A stretch of 62,618 nt of DNA from Solirubrobacteraceae bacterium. Lineage in GTDB: Bacteria; Actinomycetota; Thermoleophilia; Solirubrobacterales; Solirubrobacteraceae. Below, piece after piece: positions 9,966 through 19,074 of the stretch; positions within the stretch are counted from its first letter, which is position 1; the number at the start of each line of letters is the position of its first letter. The notes under the pieces are model-generated. The model saw nothing but the letters and a program-made list of their open reading frames with translations. It was not told the DNA's origin and did not search any database. The position numbers and the translations under genes are program-made. Where the stretch lies: the NCBI GenBank assembly GCA_035706585.1, contig DASSUW010000451.1:1-62618 (forward strand), read 5' to 3'.

Positions 9966-12170
9966 GTGCAATCAAGAAATCTCGCCTCTCGCGCAGCGCG
10001 CTGGAGCGCCGGTCACCGCAAGACCGCGATCTTCGGCTGGCTTGCGTTCGTCGTGATCGCGTTCGTCCTCGCGGGCGCCGTCGGCGGCCAGAAGACGATC
10101 GCCGACGAGGACTACGGCAACGGCTCCTCCAAGGTCGCCGACCAGGCGATCGCCAGGGCCGACTTCCCAGAGTCCGCCGACGAGCAGGTGCTCGTCCAGG
10201 GCAAGGGCTCCCTGAGGACCTCGGACGCCGAGTTCAAGGCCGCGGTCAGCGACACGGTTGCCCGGCTCGAGCGCACCAAGGGCGTCGACAAGGTCAAGTC
10301 GCCGTACGCGAACGGCAACGAGGGCCAGCTCTCCAAGGACGGCCGGTCGGCGCTGATCACGTTCGAGATCCCCGGCGACGACGATGTCGCCGAGGACCGG
10401 GTCGACACGACGCTGGCGGCCACCGCGGCCGCGCAGAAGGCCAACCCCAACGTCTTCATCGGCCAGTTCGGCGACGCCAGTGCCGACAAGGCGATCTCGA
10501 AGGCGTTCGAGGACGACTTCAAGAAGGCCGAGGTCCTGTCGCTGCCGATCACGCTGCTGATCCTCATCGTCGCGTTCGGCTCGCTCGTCGCCGCCGGCGT
10601 GCCGCTGCTGCTCGGCCTCACCGCCGTGGCGGCCGCGATCGGCCTGCTCGCGCCGATCAGCCAGCTGTTCCCGATGGACGAGTCGGTCAGCTCGGTCGTG
10701 CTGCTCGTCGGTCTCGCGGTCGGCGTCGACTATTCGATGTTCTACCTGCGCCGCAAGATGGAGGAGCGCGACGCCGGGCGATCGCCCGAGCAGGCGCTCG
10801 AGTTCGCGGCGGCGACGTCCGGCCAGGCCGTGCTCATCTCCGGCCTGACCGTGATGATCGCGATGGCCGGCATGTTCTTCGCCGGCAGCATCGTGTTCCA
10901 GTCGTTCGCGATCGGCACGATCCTCGTCGTCGGCATCGCGGTGCTCGGCTCGCTGACCGTGCTCCCGGCCGTGCTGTCCAAGCTCGGCGACAACGTCGAG
11001 AAGGGCCGCGTGCCGATCATCGGCCGCATGCGCCATCGCAACCACGGCGAGTCGCGCGTGTGGGGCTGGATCCTGGACCGCGTCCTGCGCCGTCCGGTCG
11101 TCTCGGCCGTCGTCTCGGCCGCGATCCTGATCGGCCTCGCCCTGCCGGCCGTCAACATGCACACCGCGAACGCGGGCACGTCGGGCCTGCCGCGTGACCT
11201 CACGGTCATGAAGGTCTACGACCGCATCCAGGCCGCGTTCCCCGGCGGTCCGATCCCGCTGCTCGTGGCGGTCCAGGCGGACGACGTGACCACGCCCGAG
11301 ATCCAGGCCGGCATCGACGCGATGGGCAAGGCCGCGATCGCGACCGGTCAGATGTCGCAGCCGGTGACGACCAACACGAGCCCCGACAAGAGCGTCGAGG
11401 TCGTCTCGATCCCGATGCAGGGCACCGGCACCGACGACGCGTCGAACACCGCGCTCGCCACGCTGCGCGAGCAGGTCATCCCGTCGACGATCGGCAGGGT
11501 CGCCGGCGTGCAGGCCGACGTGACCGGCATGACGGCCGGCTCGAAGGACTTCAACGATTCGATGACCTCCCACCTGCCGATCGTGTTCGGCTTCGTGCTC
11601 GGCCTGGCGTTCCTGCTCCTGCTGGTCACGTTCCGCTCGATCGTGATCCCGATCAAGGCGATCGTGCTCAACCTGCTGTCGGTCGGGGCGGCCTACGGGA
11701 TCCTCACGCTGGTCTTCCAGGAGGGCCACGGCGAGAGCCTGCTCGGGTTCGAGTCCTTCGGCGGGATCACGTCATGGCTGCCGCTGTTCCTGTTCGTGAT
11801 CCTGTTCGGCCTCTCGATGGACTACCACGTGTTCATCCTGAGCCGGATCCGCGAGGCGGTCGACCGCGGGATGAAGACCGACGACGCCGTCGCGTTCGGC
11901 ATCAAGCAGACGGCGGGCGTCGTGACGAGCGCGGCCGTCGTGATGGTCGCCGTGTTCTCGATCTTCGGATCGCTGAGCATGATCGAGTTCAAGATGATGG
12001 GCGTCGGCCTGGCGACCGCCGTGCTGCTCGACGCGACGCTCGTGCGCGGCGTCCTGCTGCCGGCGGCGATGAAGCTGCTCGGCGAGTGGAACTGGTACCT
12101 GCCGAAGCGGCTGAGCTGGCTCCCGAAGATCTCGCACGAGCACGCGCTGCCCGAGCCCTCGGGCGCCTAA
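9966..12170 (+). CDS. MMPL/RND-superfamily membrane transporter
   Basis: 734 aa with two hydrophobic bundles. Motifs GVDYSMFYLRRKMEE and GLSMDYHVFILSRIRE. GGAGGA lies 8 nt before GTG 9966. Confidence 0.85.
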   Translation: MQSRNLASRAARWSAGHRKTAIFGWLAFVVIAFVLAGAVGGQKTIADEDYGNGSSKVADQAIARADFPESADEQVLVQGKGSLRTSDAEFKAAVSDTVARLERTKGVDKVKSPYANGNEGQLSKDGRSALITFEIPGDDDVAEDRVDTTLAATAAAQKANPNVFIGQFGDASADKAISKAFEDDFKKAEVLSLPITLLILIVAFGSLVAAGVPLLLGLTAVAAAIGLLAPISQLFPMDESVSSVVLLVGLAVGVDYSMFYLRRKMEERDAGRSPEQALEFAAATSGQAVLISGLTVMIAMAGMFFAGSIVFQSFAIGTILVVGIAVLGSLTVLPAVLSKLGDNVEKGRVPIIGRMRHRNHGESRVWGWILDRVLRRPVVSAVVSAAILIGLALPAVNMHTANAGTSGLPRDLTVMKVYDRIQAAFPGGPIPLLVAVQADDVTTPEIQAGIDAMGKAAIATGQMSQPVTTNTSPDKSVEVVSIPMQGTGTDDASNTALATLREQVIPSTIGRVAGVQADVTGMTAGSKDFNDSMTSHLPIVFGFVLGLAFLLLLVTFRSIVIPIKAIVLNLLSVGAAYGILTLVFQEGHGESLLGFESFGGITSWLPLFLFVILFGLSMDYHVFILSRIREAVDRGMKTDDAVAFGIKQTAGVVTSAAVVMVAVFSIFGSLSMIEFKMMGVGLATAVLLDATLVRGVLLPAAMKLLGEWNWYLPKRLSWLPKISHEHALPEPSGA

Positions 12171-12217
12171 CCGCGCAGATACGGGTTTCGCCCTCCGATC
12201 ACCGCTTCGTCGACACA

Positions 12218-12257
12218 CGGAGATCTCCGCCGGCGCCCCTGTCGGCGGCGATCTCCG
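12218..12257 (+). terminator. Long hairpin: 14-bp stem with 1 mismatch (CGGAGATCTCCGCC ... GGCGGCGATCTCCG)
   Basis: Read directly between the MMPL stop and the pfkA start. No U-tract. Confidence 0.35.
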
Positions 12258-12277
12258 TGCGACGTTACATTCCCGCC

Positions 12278-13309
12278 ATGCGTTTCGGCGTCCTCACCGG
12301 AGGCGGAGACTGCCCCGGACTCAACGCGGTGATCCGCGGCATCGTCCGCAAGGGCATCAACCAGCACGGCCACGAGTTCGTGGGCTTCCGCTACGGGTGG
12401 GCGGGGGTGCTCAAGAACGAGGCCGTCGACCTCACCAACCAGACCACGCGGGGCATCCTGCACCGCGGCGGCACGATCCTCGGATCGTCGCGCACGAACC
12501 CGTACAAGATCGACGGCGGCGTCGAGCAGGTGCGCGCGGCGATCGCGGCGCGCGGTCTCGACGGGCTGATCCCGATCGGCGGCGAGGACACGCTCGGCGT
12601 GGCGCGCAGGCTCGTCGACGAGGGCATCAACGTCATCGGCGTGCCGAAGACGATCGACAACGACCTCAACGGCACGGACTTCACGTTCGGCTTCCAGACC
12701 GCCGTGCAGATCGCGACCGACGCGATCGACCGGCTGCACACGACGGCCGAGTCGCACAACCGCGTGATCATCGTCGAGGTGATGGGCCGCCATGCCGGCT
12801 GGATCGCCGCCTACTCGGGCATCGCCGGCGGCGCCGACGTCATCCTCGTGCCGGAGCGGCCGTTCGACATCGACGAGGTCTGCAACCTCATCAAGCGCCG
12901 CCACGAGTCGGGCTCGACGTTCTCGATCGTGGTCGTCGCGGAGGGTGCGACGCCCACGGACGGCGACATCGTCTCCGAGTTCGGTGGTGCCACCGACGCG
13001 TTCGGACACGTGCGGCTGGGCGGCATCGCGGTCGCGCTCGAGAAGGCGATCGAGGAGCGCACGGGGTACGAGTCGCGCATGACGATCCTCGGACACGTCC
13101 AGCGCGGCGGCACGCCGGTCGCCTACGACCGCGTGCTGGGCACCCGCTTCGGCGTCGAGGCGATCGACGCGGCGTCGGACGGCGACTGGGGCAAGATGGT
13201 CGCGCTGCGCGGCACCGAGATCGTGCGCGTCCCGCTCGACGAGGCGCTGGCCGAGCCGAAGCTGCTCGACAAGCGGCTGTACGAGACCGCGCGGGTGTTC
13301 TTCGGCTAG
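12278..13309 (+). CDS. pfkA: ATP-dependent 6-phosphofructokinase
   Basis: MRFGVLTGGGDCPGLNAVIRG, GGEDTLG, PKTIDNDL, MGRHAGWIA. 343 aa from ATG 12278. Confidence 0.9.
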   Translation: MRFGVLTGGGDCPGLNAVIRGIVRKGINQHGHEFVGFRYGWAGVLKNEAVDLTNQTTRGILHRGGTILGSSRTNPYKIDGGVEQVRAAIAARGLDGLIPIGGEDTLGVARRLVDEGINVIGVPKTIDNDLNGTDFTFGFQTAVQIATDAIDRLHTTAESHNRVIIVEVMGRHAGWIAAYSGIAGGADVILVPERPFDIDEVCNLIKRRHESGSTFSIVVVAEGATPTDGDIVSEFGGATDAFGHVRLGGIAVALEKAIEERTGYESRMTILGHVQRGGTPVAYDRVLGTRFGVEAIDAASDGDWGKMVALRGTEIVRVPLDEALAEPKLLDKRLYETARVFFG

Positions 13310-14700
13310 CGCGGCCGGATGCCCTGGGCGGGCCGGAAGCGGTTCGCCGGGTCGACCGCCGTCTTGATGTCGACGAGCCGCTCGTAGTTGGAGCCGTAGT
13401 AGGCGCGGCGCGCGCCGTCGAGGTCCGGGTCGGCGTAGTTCTGGTACGCCTGCCCGTTCCCGTGCGGCGCGATCAGCCGGCGGGCGCGGCGCACGCGGTC
13501 GCGGGCGGTCCCGATCGACGTGTACGAGAGGATCTGGACGCTGAAGCGCACGTCGCGGTGGACGAACGCGGTGGCGCTCGCGGCGGGGCGGCCGATCGCG
13601 CCGCCGTAGGCGTCGAGGATCAGCGTCGCCCCCGTCTCGGTCGCGGCGAGGAAGTCGCGGCGCGCGGCGGCGGACAGCTTGCGTGAGACGTAGACCGACG
13701 AGGCGGCGAACGTGGACCGGTTGTAGTCGCGGCACGCGGCCAGGCCGCCGTCGGCACATCCGGCCCAGCGCCGCTGGAGCGCGAGATAGTCGGACGTGCC
13801 GGTGGTCGGCGCGCCGCCGAGCGGCCGCACGATCCGCCGCAGGGCGCGCTCGGAGCCGAAGAACTGGCCGAACGCGGTGGCGCCGCTCGCGGTCAGCATG
13901 AGGATCGCGGTCAGGCCGTCCGGCGCCACCGGCGCGAGGTCGTCCCACGCCGCCAGTGCCTCGGCGCGCGAGCCGGCGGGATAGCTGATGCGGAACCACG
14001 CCGCCCGCCGCACGGGGCGCGCGCGCAGACGGACCGCCGTGACGATGCCGAAGCTCCCGCCGCCGCCGCGCAGTGCCCAGAACAGGTCGTCGTCGCCCTC
14101 CACGCGCTGCTTGCGCCCGTCGGCGGTCACGACGTCGAAGCTGCGCACGCGATCGATCGTCAGCCCGAGCTCGCGCCCGGCCAGGCCCATCCCGCCGCCG
14201 GTGGCGAGCCCGCCGAGGCCGACGGTCGGGCACGAGCCGGACGGGATCGTCGCCCCGTGGCGGGCGAGCTTGGCGTAGACGTCGATGTTGCGGGCGCCCG
14301 GGCCGACGGTGGCGATGCCGTCGCGCAGCCGCACGCCGTCGAGCCGCCGCAGGTCGACCACGACGGCGCGGTGGCTCGTGGACGCGCCGTTGTAGGCGTG
14401 GCCGCCGGAGCGGCTGACCAGCGGGACGTCGAACCGCTCGGCCCAGCGGACGACGGCGCGGACGTCCGCGACGTCGTGCACCTGCACCACCGCCGGCGGG
14501 CGGACGCCGTCGTAGCGCCGGTTGAACACGAGCCGCGCCTGGTCGTAGGCGTGCGTGCCCGGGGTCAGGACGCGGCCGCGGACGGCGTCGCGCAGCGCCC
14601 GGATCTGCGTGCGCGGCAGACGGTCGGACTCCGAGGCCGTGATCCGAAGACCGACGAGAGCCGCCACGGCGATCAGCTCCCGCCTCGACAGCGTCGTCAC
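13306..14700 (-). CDS. Secreted FAD-linked oxidase (FAD_binding_4 / berberine-bridge-like)
   Basis: TAT-like SRRELI leader, SRSGGHAY, LRGGGGSFGIVT, C-terminal YQNYADPDL...YYGSNYERLVDIK. GTG 14700. The upper part of the 1033-aa ORF is rejected. Confidence 0.8.
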   Translation of the reverse strand: MTTLSRRELIAVAALVGLRITASESDRLPRTQIRALRDAVRGRVLTPGTHAYDQARLVFNRRYDGVRPPAVVQVHDVADVRAVVRWAERFDVPLVSRSGGHAYNGASTSHRAVVVDLRRLDGVRLRDGIATVGPGARNIDVYAKLARHGATIPSGSCPTVGLGGLATGGGMGLAGRELGLTIDRVRSFDVVTADGRKQRVEGDDDLFWALRGGGGSFGIVTAVRLRARPVRRAAWFRISYPAGSRAEALAAWDDLAPVAPDGLTAILMLTASGATAFGQFFGSERALRRIVRPLGGAPTTGTSDYLALQRRWAGCADGGLAACRDYNRSTFAASSVYVSRKLSAAARRDFLAATETGATLILDAYGGAIGRPAASATAFVHRDVRFSVQILSYTSIGTARDRVRRARRLIAPHGNGQAYQNYADPDLDGARRAYYGSNYERLVDIKTAVDPANRFRPAQGIRPR

Positions 14701-14706
14701 AGCCTC

Positions 14707-16386
14707 ATGATGACGCCGGAATGCGGTGCCGCGTTGTCGTCTGCCGGACGACCTGCCGATTACCGGGACGTGTTCAAGGCCGCGCTCGTTCTCGCGTGCA
14801 CGCTCGTGCTTGCCTGCGCCGCGATCGTCGCGGTCGATCGCCAGCAGGCCGAATCGACCCAGGCGCGTGACGCCGAGCTCGCGCTGACCGGCCTGCGGCT
14901 CGACCTCTCGCAGATCCAGGACGTGCCGTGGGGCGCCTCGCCGGACGAGGGCGACAACGCCGACGAGGTGCGTGGAGAGCTGATGTGGCGGGAGGACCTG
15001 ATCACGTCGGCGCTGGCCAAGCTCGATCTGGCGACCGACGAGGACATCGCCGCCCCGTTCGCGCGCGGCATGGTCGCGCTGCGCCGGATCCTCGAGCTCG
15101 TCGCGAAGGGGCGCAGCGACGAGACCGACAAGGCGTCGCGCGTCGCCGCCCACGAGATCGCCAAGGCGGACGAGGCGCTGCAGCGCGCCGCCAAGCGCTA
15201 TCACGCCCACTCGCTGGCCGCGCTCACGCAGTCGCGCAACGGCTCGGCCGCCGTGATCGTTCTCCTGTTCGCCGCGTTCGCGGTCGTGTACCGGCGCGCC
15301 GCCGTCGCGCGCCGCCGCGCCGAGCGCCTCGCGGCCGAGAACCACGAGCTGCTCCGGGCAAGCCGCGAGGAAGCGCTGACCGACGCCCTGACCGGGCTCG
15401 GCAACCGCCGCGCGCTCATGGCCGACCTGGCCGCCGCCCGCCCCACGGTCGAAGGCGAGCAGCTCCTGCTCGTCCTGTTCGACCTCGACGGCTTCAAGCA
15501 GTACAACGACAGCTTCGGCCACCCGGCCGGTGACTCCCTGCTCGCCCGGCTCGGCGAGCGGCTCTCCGCGACGATGGACGGGATCGGCCACGCGTACCGC
15601 ATGGGCGGCGACGAGTTCTGCGTCACCGCACCGGTCGCCGCCGAGGGAGCGGAGGCGATCGCGAGGCTCGCGGCGGCCGCGCTCAGCGACGAGGGCACCG
15701 GCTTCAGCGTCGGCTGCTCGTACGGCTTCGCGCTGATGCCGGCCGACACGACGCGGGCCGAGGAGGCGCTGCTGATGGCCGACCAGCGGATGTACGCGCA
15801 GAAGCAGTCCGGCCGCGTCTCCCCGGGCCGCCAGAGCGCCGACGTCCTGCTCCGCCTGCTGGCCGAGCGCAGCCTCGACCTCGAGCACCACAGCGCCGAC
15901 GTCGCGCTCCTCGCCGCCCGGACGGCCGAGCGCCTCGGCCTGATGCCCGACGAGGTCGAGCGCATCCGGCTCGCCGCCGAGCTGCACGACGTCGGGAAGG
16001 CCGCGATCCCCGACGCGATCCTGCTCAAGCGCGGGCCGCTGAACGACGACGAATGGGCGTTCGTCCGCCGCCACACCGTGATCGGCGAGCGGATCGTGCG
16101 CGCCGCGCCGTCGCTCGCCCACACCGCGGACCTCGTCCGCTGGCATCACGAGCGCACGGACGGCACCGGCTACCCGGACGCGCTCCCGGGAGCCGCGATC
16201 CCGGTCGGCGCACGCATCATCGCCGTGTGCGACGTCTTCGACGCGATCGTCTCCGATCGCCCGTACCGCGACGGCCGCAGCGTCGAGGACGCGCTGGCCG
16301 AGCTGCGGCGCTGCGCCGGCACGCAGTTCGACCCCGCCGTGGTCGACGCGTTCACGGCCGTCGTGAGCCTCCGCGAACGCGTCTGA
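14707..16386 (+). CDS. Membrane-anchored GGDEF diguanylate cyclase fused to an HD-GYP domain
   Basis: LFDLDGFKQYNDSFGHPAGD, YRMGGDEF, then HDVGKAAIP and HHERTDGTGYPD. The start is uncertain (ATG 14707 or GTG ~14770). Confidence 0.8.
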   Translation: MMTPECGAALSSAGRPADYRDVFKAALVLACTLVLACAAIVAVDRQQAESTQARDAELALTGLRLDLSQIQDVPWGASPDEGDNADEVRGELMWREDLITSALAKLDLATDEDIAAPFARGMVALRRILELVAKGRSDETDKASRVAAHEIAKADEALQRAAKRYHAHSLAALTQSRNGSAAVIVLLFAAFAVVYRRAAVARRRAERLAAENHELLRASREEALTDALTGLGNRRALMADLAAARPTVEGEQLLLVLFDLDGFKQYNDSFGHPAGDSLLARLGERLSATMDGIGHAYRMGGDEFCVTAPVAAEGAEAIARLAAAALSDEGTGFSVGCSYGFALMPADTTRAEEALLMADQRMYAQKQSGRVSPGRQSADVLLRLLAERSLDLEHHSADVALLAARTAERLGLMPDEVERIRLAAELHDVGKAAIPDAILLKRGPLNDDEWAFVRRHTVIGERIVRAAPSLAHTADLVRWHHERTDGTGYPDALPGAAIPVGARIIAVCDVFDAIVSDRPYRDGRSVEDALAELRRCAGTQFDPAVVDAFTAVVSLRERV

Positions 16387-16393
16387 GAGCGCG

Positions 16394-16888
16394 CTAGGCA
16401 GCGGCAACGTTCAGCGCGCGGATCGCGCGGCGGCGCTCGGCAGGCGTCGCGCGATCGAGCGTGAGGATGCCGTCGAGGTGGTCGATCTCGTGCTGGAGCA
16501 GGCTCGCGCCAAACCCTTCGACCTCGAGCGTGCGCGCGTTGCCGTCGATGTCATAGCCCTCGACGCGGACCGCCCGCGGCCGCTCGACCGCGACGGTGAT
16601 CGTGTTGAAGCTCAGGCAGCCCTCGCGGAACGTCTCACGCTCGTCGGAGCGCGCGACGACGCGCGGGTTGCACAGCGCCTCGATCTCGCACTCGGGCGCG
16701 AGCCGGAACACGAAGACCCGCCGCAGCAGCCCGACCTGCGTGGCCGCGAGCCCGGCCCCGTCGGCGGCCGCGAGCCGCCGCTGCATGCGCACGACCTGGC
16801 GGCGCAGGACGTCGTCGATCTCCTCGACGTCGCGGGCGGCGAGCCGGAGCGTGGGATCGCCCCATTGGCGGATCCAACCGTCGGGCAC
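16394..16888 (-). CDS. def: Peptide deformylase
   Basis: GLAATQVG, EGCLS and HEIDHLDG motifs. GTG start 16888. Confidence 0.9.
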   Translation of the reverse strand: MPDGWIRQWGDPTLRLAARDVEEIDDVLRRQVVRMQRRLAAADGAGLAATQVGLLRRVFVFRLAPECEIEALCNPRVVARSDERETFREGCLSFNTITVAVERPRAVRVEGYDIDGNARTLEVEGFGASLLQHEIDHLDGILTLDRATPAERRRAIRALNVAAA

Positions 16889-16903
16889 GCGTGCAGGCTA
16901 CCG

Positions 16904-16930
16904 GTGGGCGGTCGCAGGCTCGAACCGCGG
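16904..16930 (-). repeat. 27-nt copy (26/27) of the tRNA-Val 3' end (discriminator, acceptor 3' strand, T-arm)
   Basis: GTGGGCGGTCGCAGGCTCGAACCGCGG versus GTGGGCGGTCGCGGGCTCGAACCGCGG at 30493-30519, same orientation. No matching 5' tRNA half is adjacent. Confidence 0.75.
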
Positions 16931-17035
16931 GTCGAACGGGGGAATCTCCCATGCTCGTCGCGGGGAAGCCCCCTGGACTGCGGCGCGTCCGGCGGCCTAC
17001 GGTCATCCGGGACCTCGATCGAAGGAGACAGACGC

Positions 17036-19048
17036 GTGGGTGCCGCGGTCGCCCAGGATCTGAACGTGCTGTGGCAGCCGGTGCAGATCGGCGCCGTGAC
17101 GGTCGCCAATCGCATCTGCGTGTCGGCGCACCAGACGCACTATCCAGCGCGCGAGGGCGAGGTGATCGGCGACCGCTACGTCGCGTACATGGAGGCGCGC
17201 GCACGCGGCGGCGCCGGGCTGCTCGTCGTCGAAGCCGGTGCCGTGCACGAGAGCACCGCGAAGGTGGGCCTGATCGACCTCTACCGGGAGACGATCGTCC
17301 CCGGGCTGCGAACGCTCGGCGAGGCCGTCCACGCTCATGGCGCGAAGCTGTTCGCACAGCTCTCCCACCTCGGATCGCAGGACTTCGGCACGAGCGACCT
17401 CGACCGCTGGCACCCGGTGGTCGCGCCGACGCCCCTGCCGTCGACCGTCTATGGCCGGGTCGCCAAGGCGATCGACGAAGACGAGATCGCGGACATCGTC
17501 GCCGGGTACGGCCAGGCCGCCGCGCACGCGCGCGATGCAGGACTGGACGGTGCGGAGATCTCGGCCGGCCACGGGTACCTGATGTGCCAGTTCCTGTCGC
17601 CGCTGACGAACCGCCGGGACGACCGCTACGGCGGCAGCGTCGACAACCGCTGTCGGTTCGCGATCGAGGCGGCACGCGAGGTTCGGCGGCGTTGCGGGCG
17701 CGCCTTCGCGCTCGGGATCCGACTCAGCTTCGACGAGTTCGTCGGCGACGCGGGCCTGACGCCCGAGCTGTCCGAGGACATCGTGCGGACGTTGCACGCG
17801 AGCGGGATGTTCGACTACTTCAGCATCACCGGCGGCAACTACCACACGATTCACGAGTGGGCGCCGAACATCGCCGGCGGTCGCGACGGGCACCTCGCCC
17901 CACACGCCGAACGGGCGCGCGCTGCCTGCGCACAGGAGGTCCCCGTCATGGTCGCAGCGGCGATCCGGACCATCGACCGGGCAGCCGAGATCGTCTCGCG
18001 CGGGCAGGCGGATCTCGTCGCCATGATGCGCGCTCACATCGCCGATCCGGACATCGTCGCCAAGGCGCGCGCCGGTCGGCGGGAGGAGATCCGCCGCTGC
18101 GTCGGCGCCAACCAGGGCTGCCTGCGGCGGGCGTTCGCGAACGAGGGGATCACCTGCACGGTGAACCCGGCCGCCGGGCGCGAACGGACGCTCCCCGGCG
18201 CTGGCGGGGCCCTCGCTCCGCGAGACGTTCTCGTCGTGGGCGGCGGCCCTGCCGGGATGATGCTCGCCGAGACCGCCGCGCGGCGCGGCCACCGCGTGAC
18301 GCTGCTCGAGCAGGCCGAGCGGCTCGGCGGTCAGCTGCTACTGGCGGGGCGGCTCCCCGGCCGCGCGACATGGCTCGAGCTGGCGGACGACCTCGCCGCG
18401 TCACTCGAGCGACTCGGCGTCGACGTCCGCCTCGGCGTCGCGGCCGACGCGGAGCGCGTCGTCGCGGCGGGTCCAGACGCGGTCTACGTCGCCACGGGCT
18501 CGACGTTCGACGCTTCGGGCTACTCGATCTCGGCACCGCACCGCGACACGATCCCTGGCCTCAGCGGCGCCCATGTCCTTGACGCGGGGGCCGCGATCGC
18601 CGCGCCCGAGCACTGCGGCGCGCATGTCGTCGTGGTGGATGACAACAGCGACTACGTGCCGCTCGGCCTCGCGCTGCTGCTGGCCCGGACCGGCCGGACC
18701 GTCGAGCTGGTCACGCGGCACCTGCACGTCGGGAGCCGGCTGACGGCCACCGGCGACCTACCGTTCGCGCTGCCGCAGCTCGCAGCCGCCGGGGTCCGCG
18801 TCCACGCGCAGACCGTCGTCGTGCGGATCGAACCGGGCACCGTCACGGTCGCCGACGCGTGGGGCGGCGAGGAGGCCTCGCTGGTGGCGAACACCGTGGT
18901 TCTGTCGATGATGCGCAGGTCCGACGCCGCACTGGCGAGAGCCCTGGCGGAGCGCGGCGTCGCGGCGACGCTGGTGGGCGACTGCGTCGCCCCGCGGGAA
19001 GTCGACGACGCGATGTACGAAGGGCTCCGGCTGGGGCTGGCCGTCTAG
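17036..19048 (+). CDS. OYE-type NADH:flavin oxidoreductase fused to an FAD/NAD(P)-binding domain (2,4-dienoyl-CoA reductase-like)
   Basis: AQLSHLGSQ, GAEISAGHGYLMCQFLSPLTNRRDDRYGGS, Cys cluster RRCVGANQGC...[22 protein letters not shown] lies 8 nt before GTG 17036. Confidence 0.8.
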   Translation: MGAAVAQDLNVLWQPVQIGAVTVANRICVSAHQTHYPAREGEVIGDRYVAYMEARARGGAGLLVVEAGAVHESTAKVGLIDLYRETIVPGLRTLGEAVHAHGAKLFAQLSHLGSQDFGTSDLDRWHPVVAPTPLPSTVYGRVAKAIDEDEIADIVAGYGQAAAHARDAGLDGAEISAGHGYLMCQFLSPLTNRRDDRYGGSVDNRCRFAIEAAREVRRRCGRAFALGIRLSFDEFVGDAGLTPELSEDIVRTLHASGMFDYFSITGGNYHTIHEWAPNIAGGRDGHLAPHAERARAACAQEVPVMVAAAIRTIDRAAEIVSRGQADLVAMMRAHIADPDIVAKARAGRREEIRRCVGANQGCLRRAFANEGITCTVNPAAGRERTLPGAGGALAPRDVLVVGGGPAGMMLAETAARRGHRVTLLEQAERLGGQLLLAGRLPGRATWLELADDLAASLERLGVDVRLGVAADAERVVAAGPDAVYVATGSTFDASGYSISAPHRDTIPGLSGAHVLDAGAAIAAPEHCGAHVVVVDDNSDYVPLGLALLLARTGRTVELVTRHLHVGSRLTATGDLPFALPQLAAAGVRVHAQTVVVRIEPGTVTVADAWGGEEASLVANTVVLSMMRRSDAALARALAERGVAATLVGDCVAPREVDDAMYEGLRLGLAV

Positions 19049-19074
19049 CGAGCGTGCCCGGAGAGAGTCCCGCC

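Noticed and set aside
9685-10056. 123-aa ORF containing an HHHHH run
   Set aside because: The His run is the out-of-frame reading of the (ATC)5 tract. The ORF overlaps the MMPL start and has no coding features.
13306-16407. 1033-aa minus-strand ORF
   Set aside because: Only 13306-14700 matches an FAD oxidase with a TAT leader. The remainder is antisense to the GGDEF/HD-GYP gene.
16904-16980. Possible complete extra tRNA at the def upstream region
   Set aside because: Only the 3' 27 nt resemble tRNA-Val. No complementary 5' acceptor strand, D-arm or anticodon arm could be folded, and the T-stem carries a mismatch. It is treated as a fragment.
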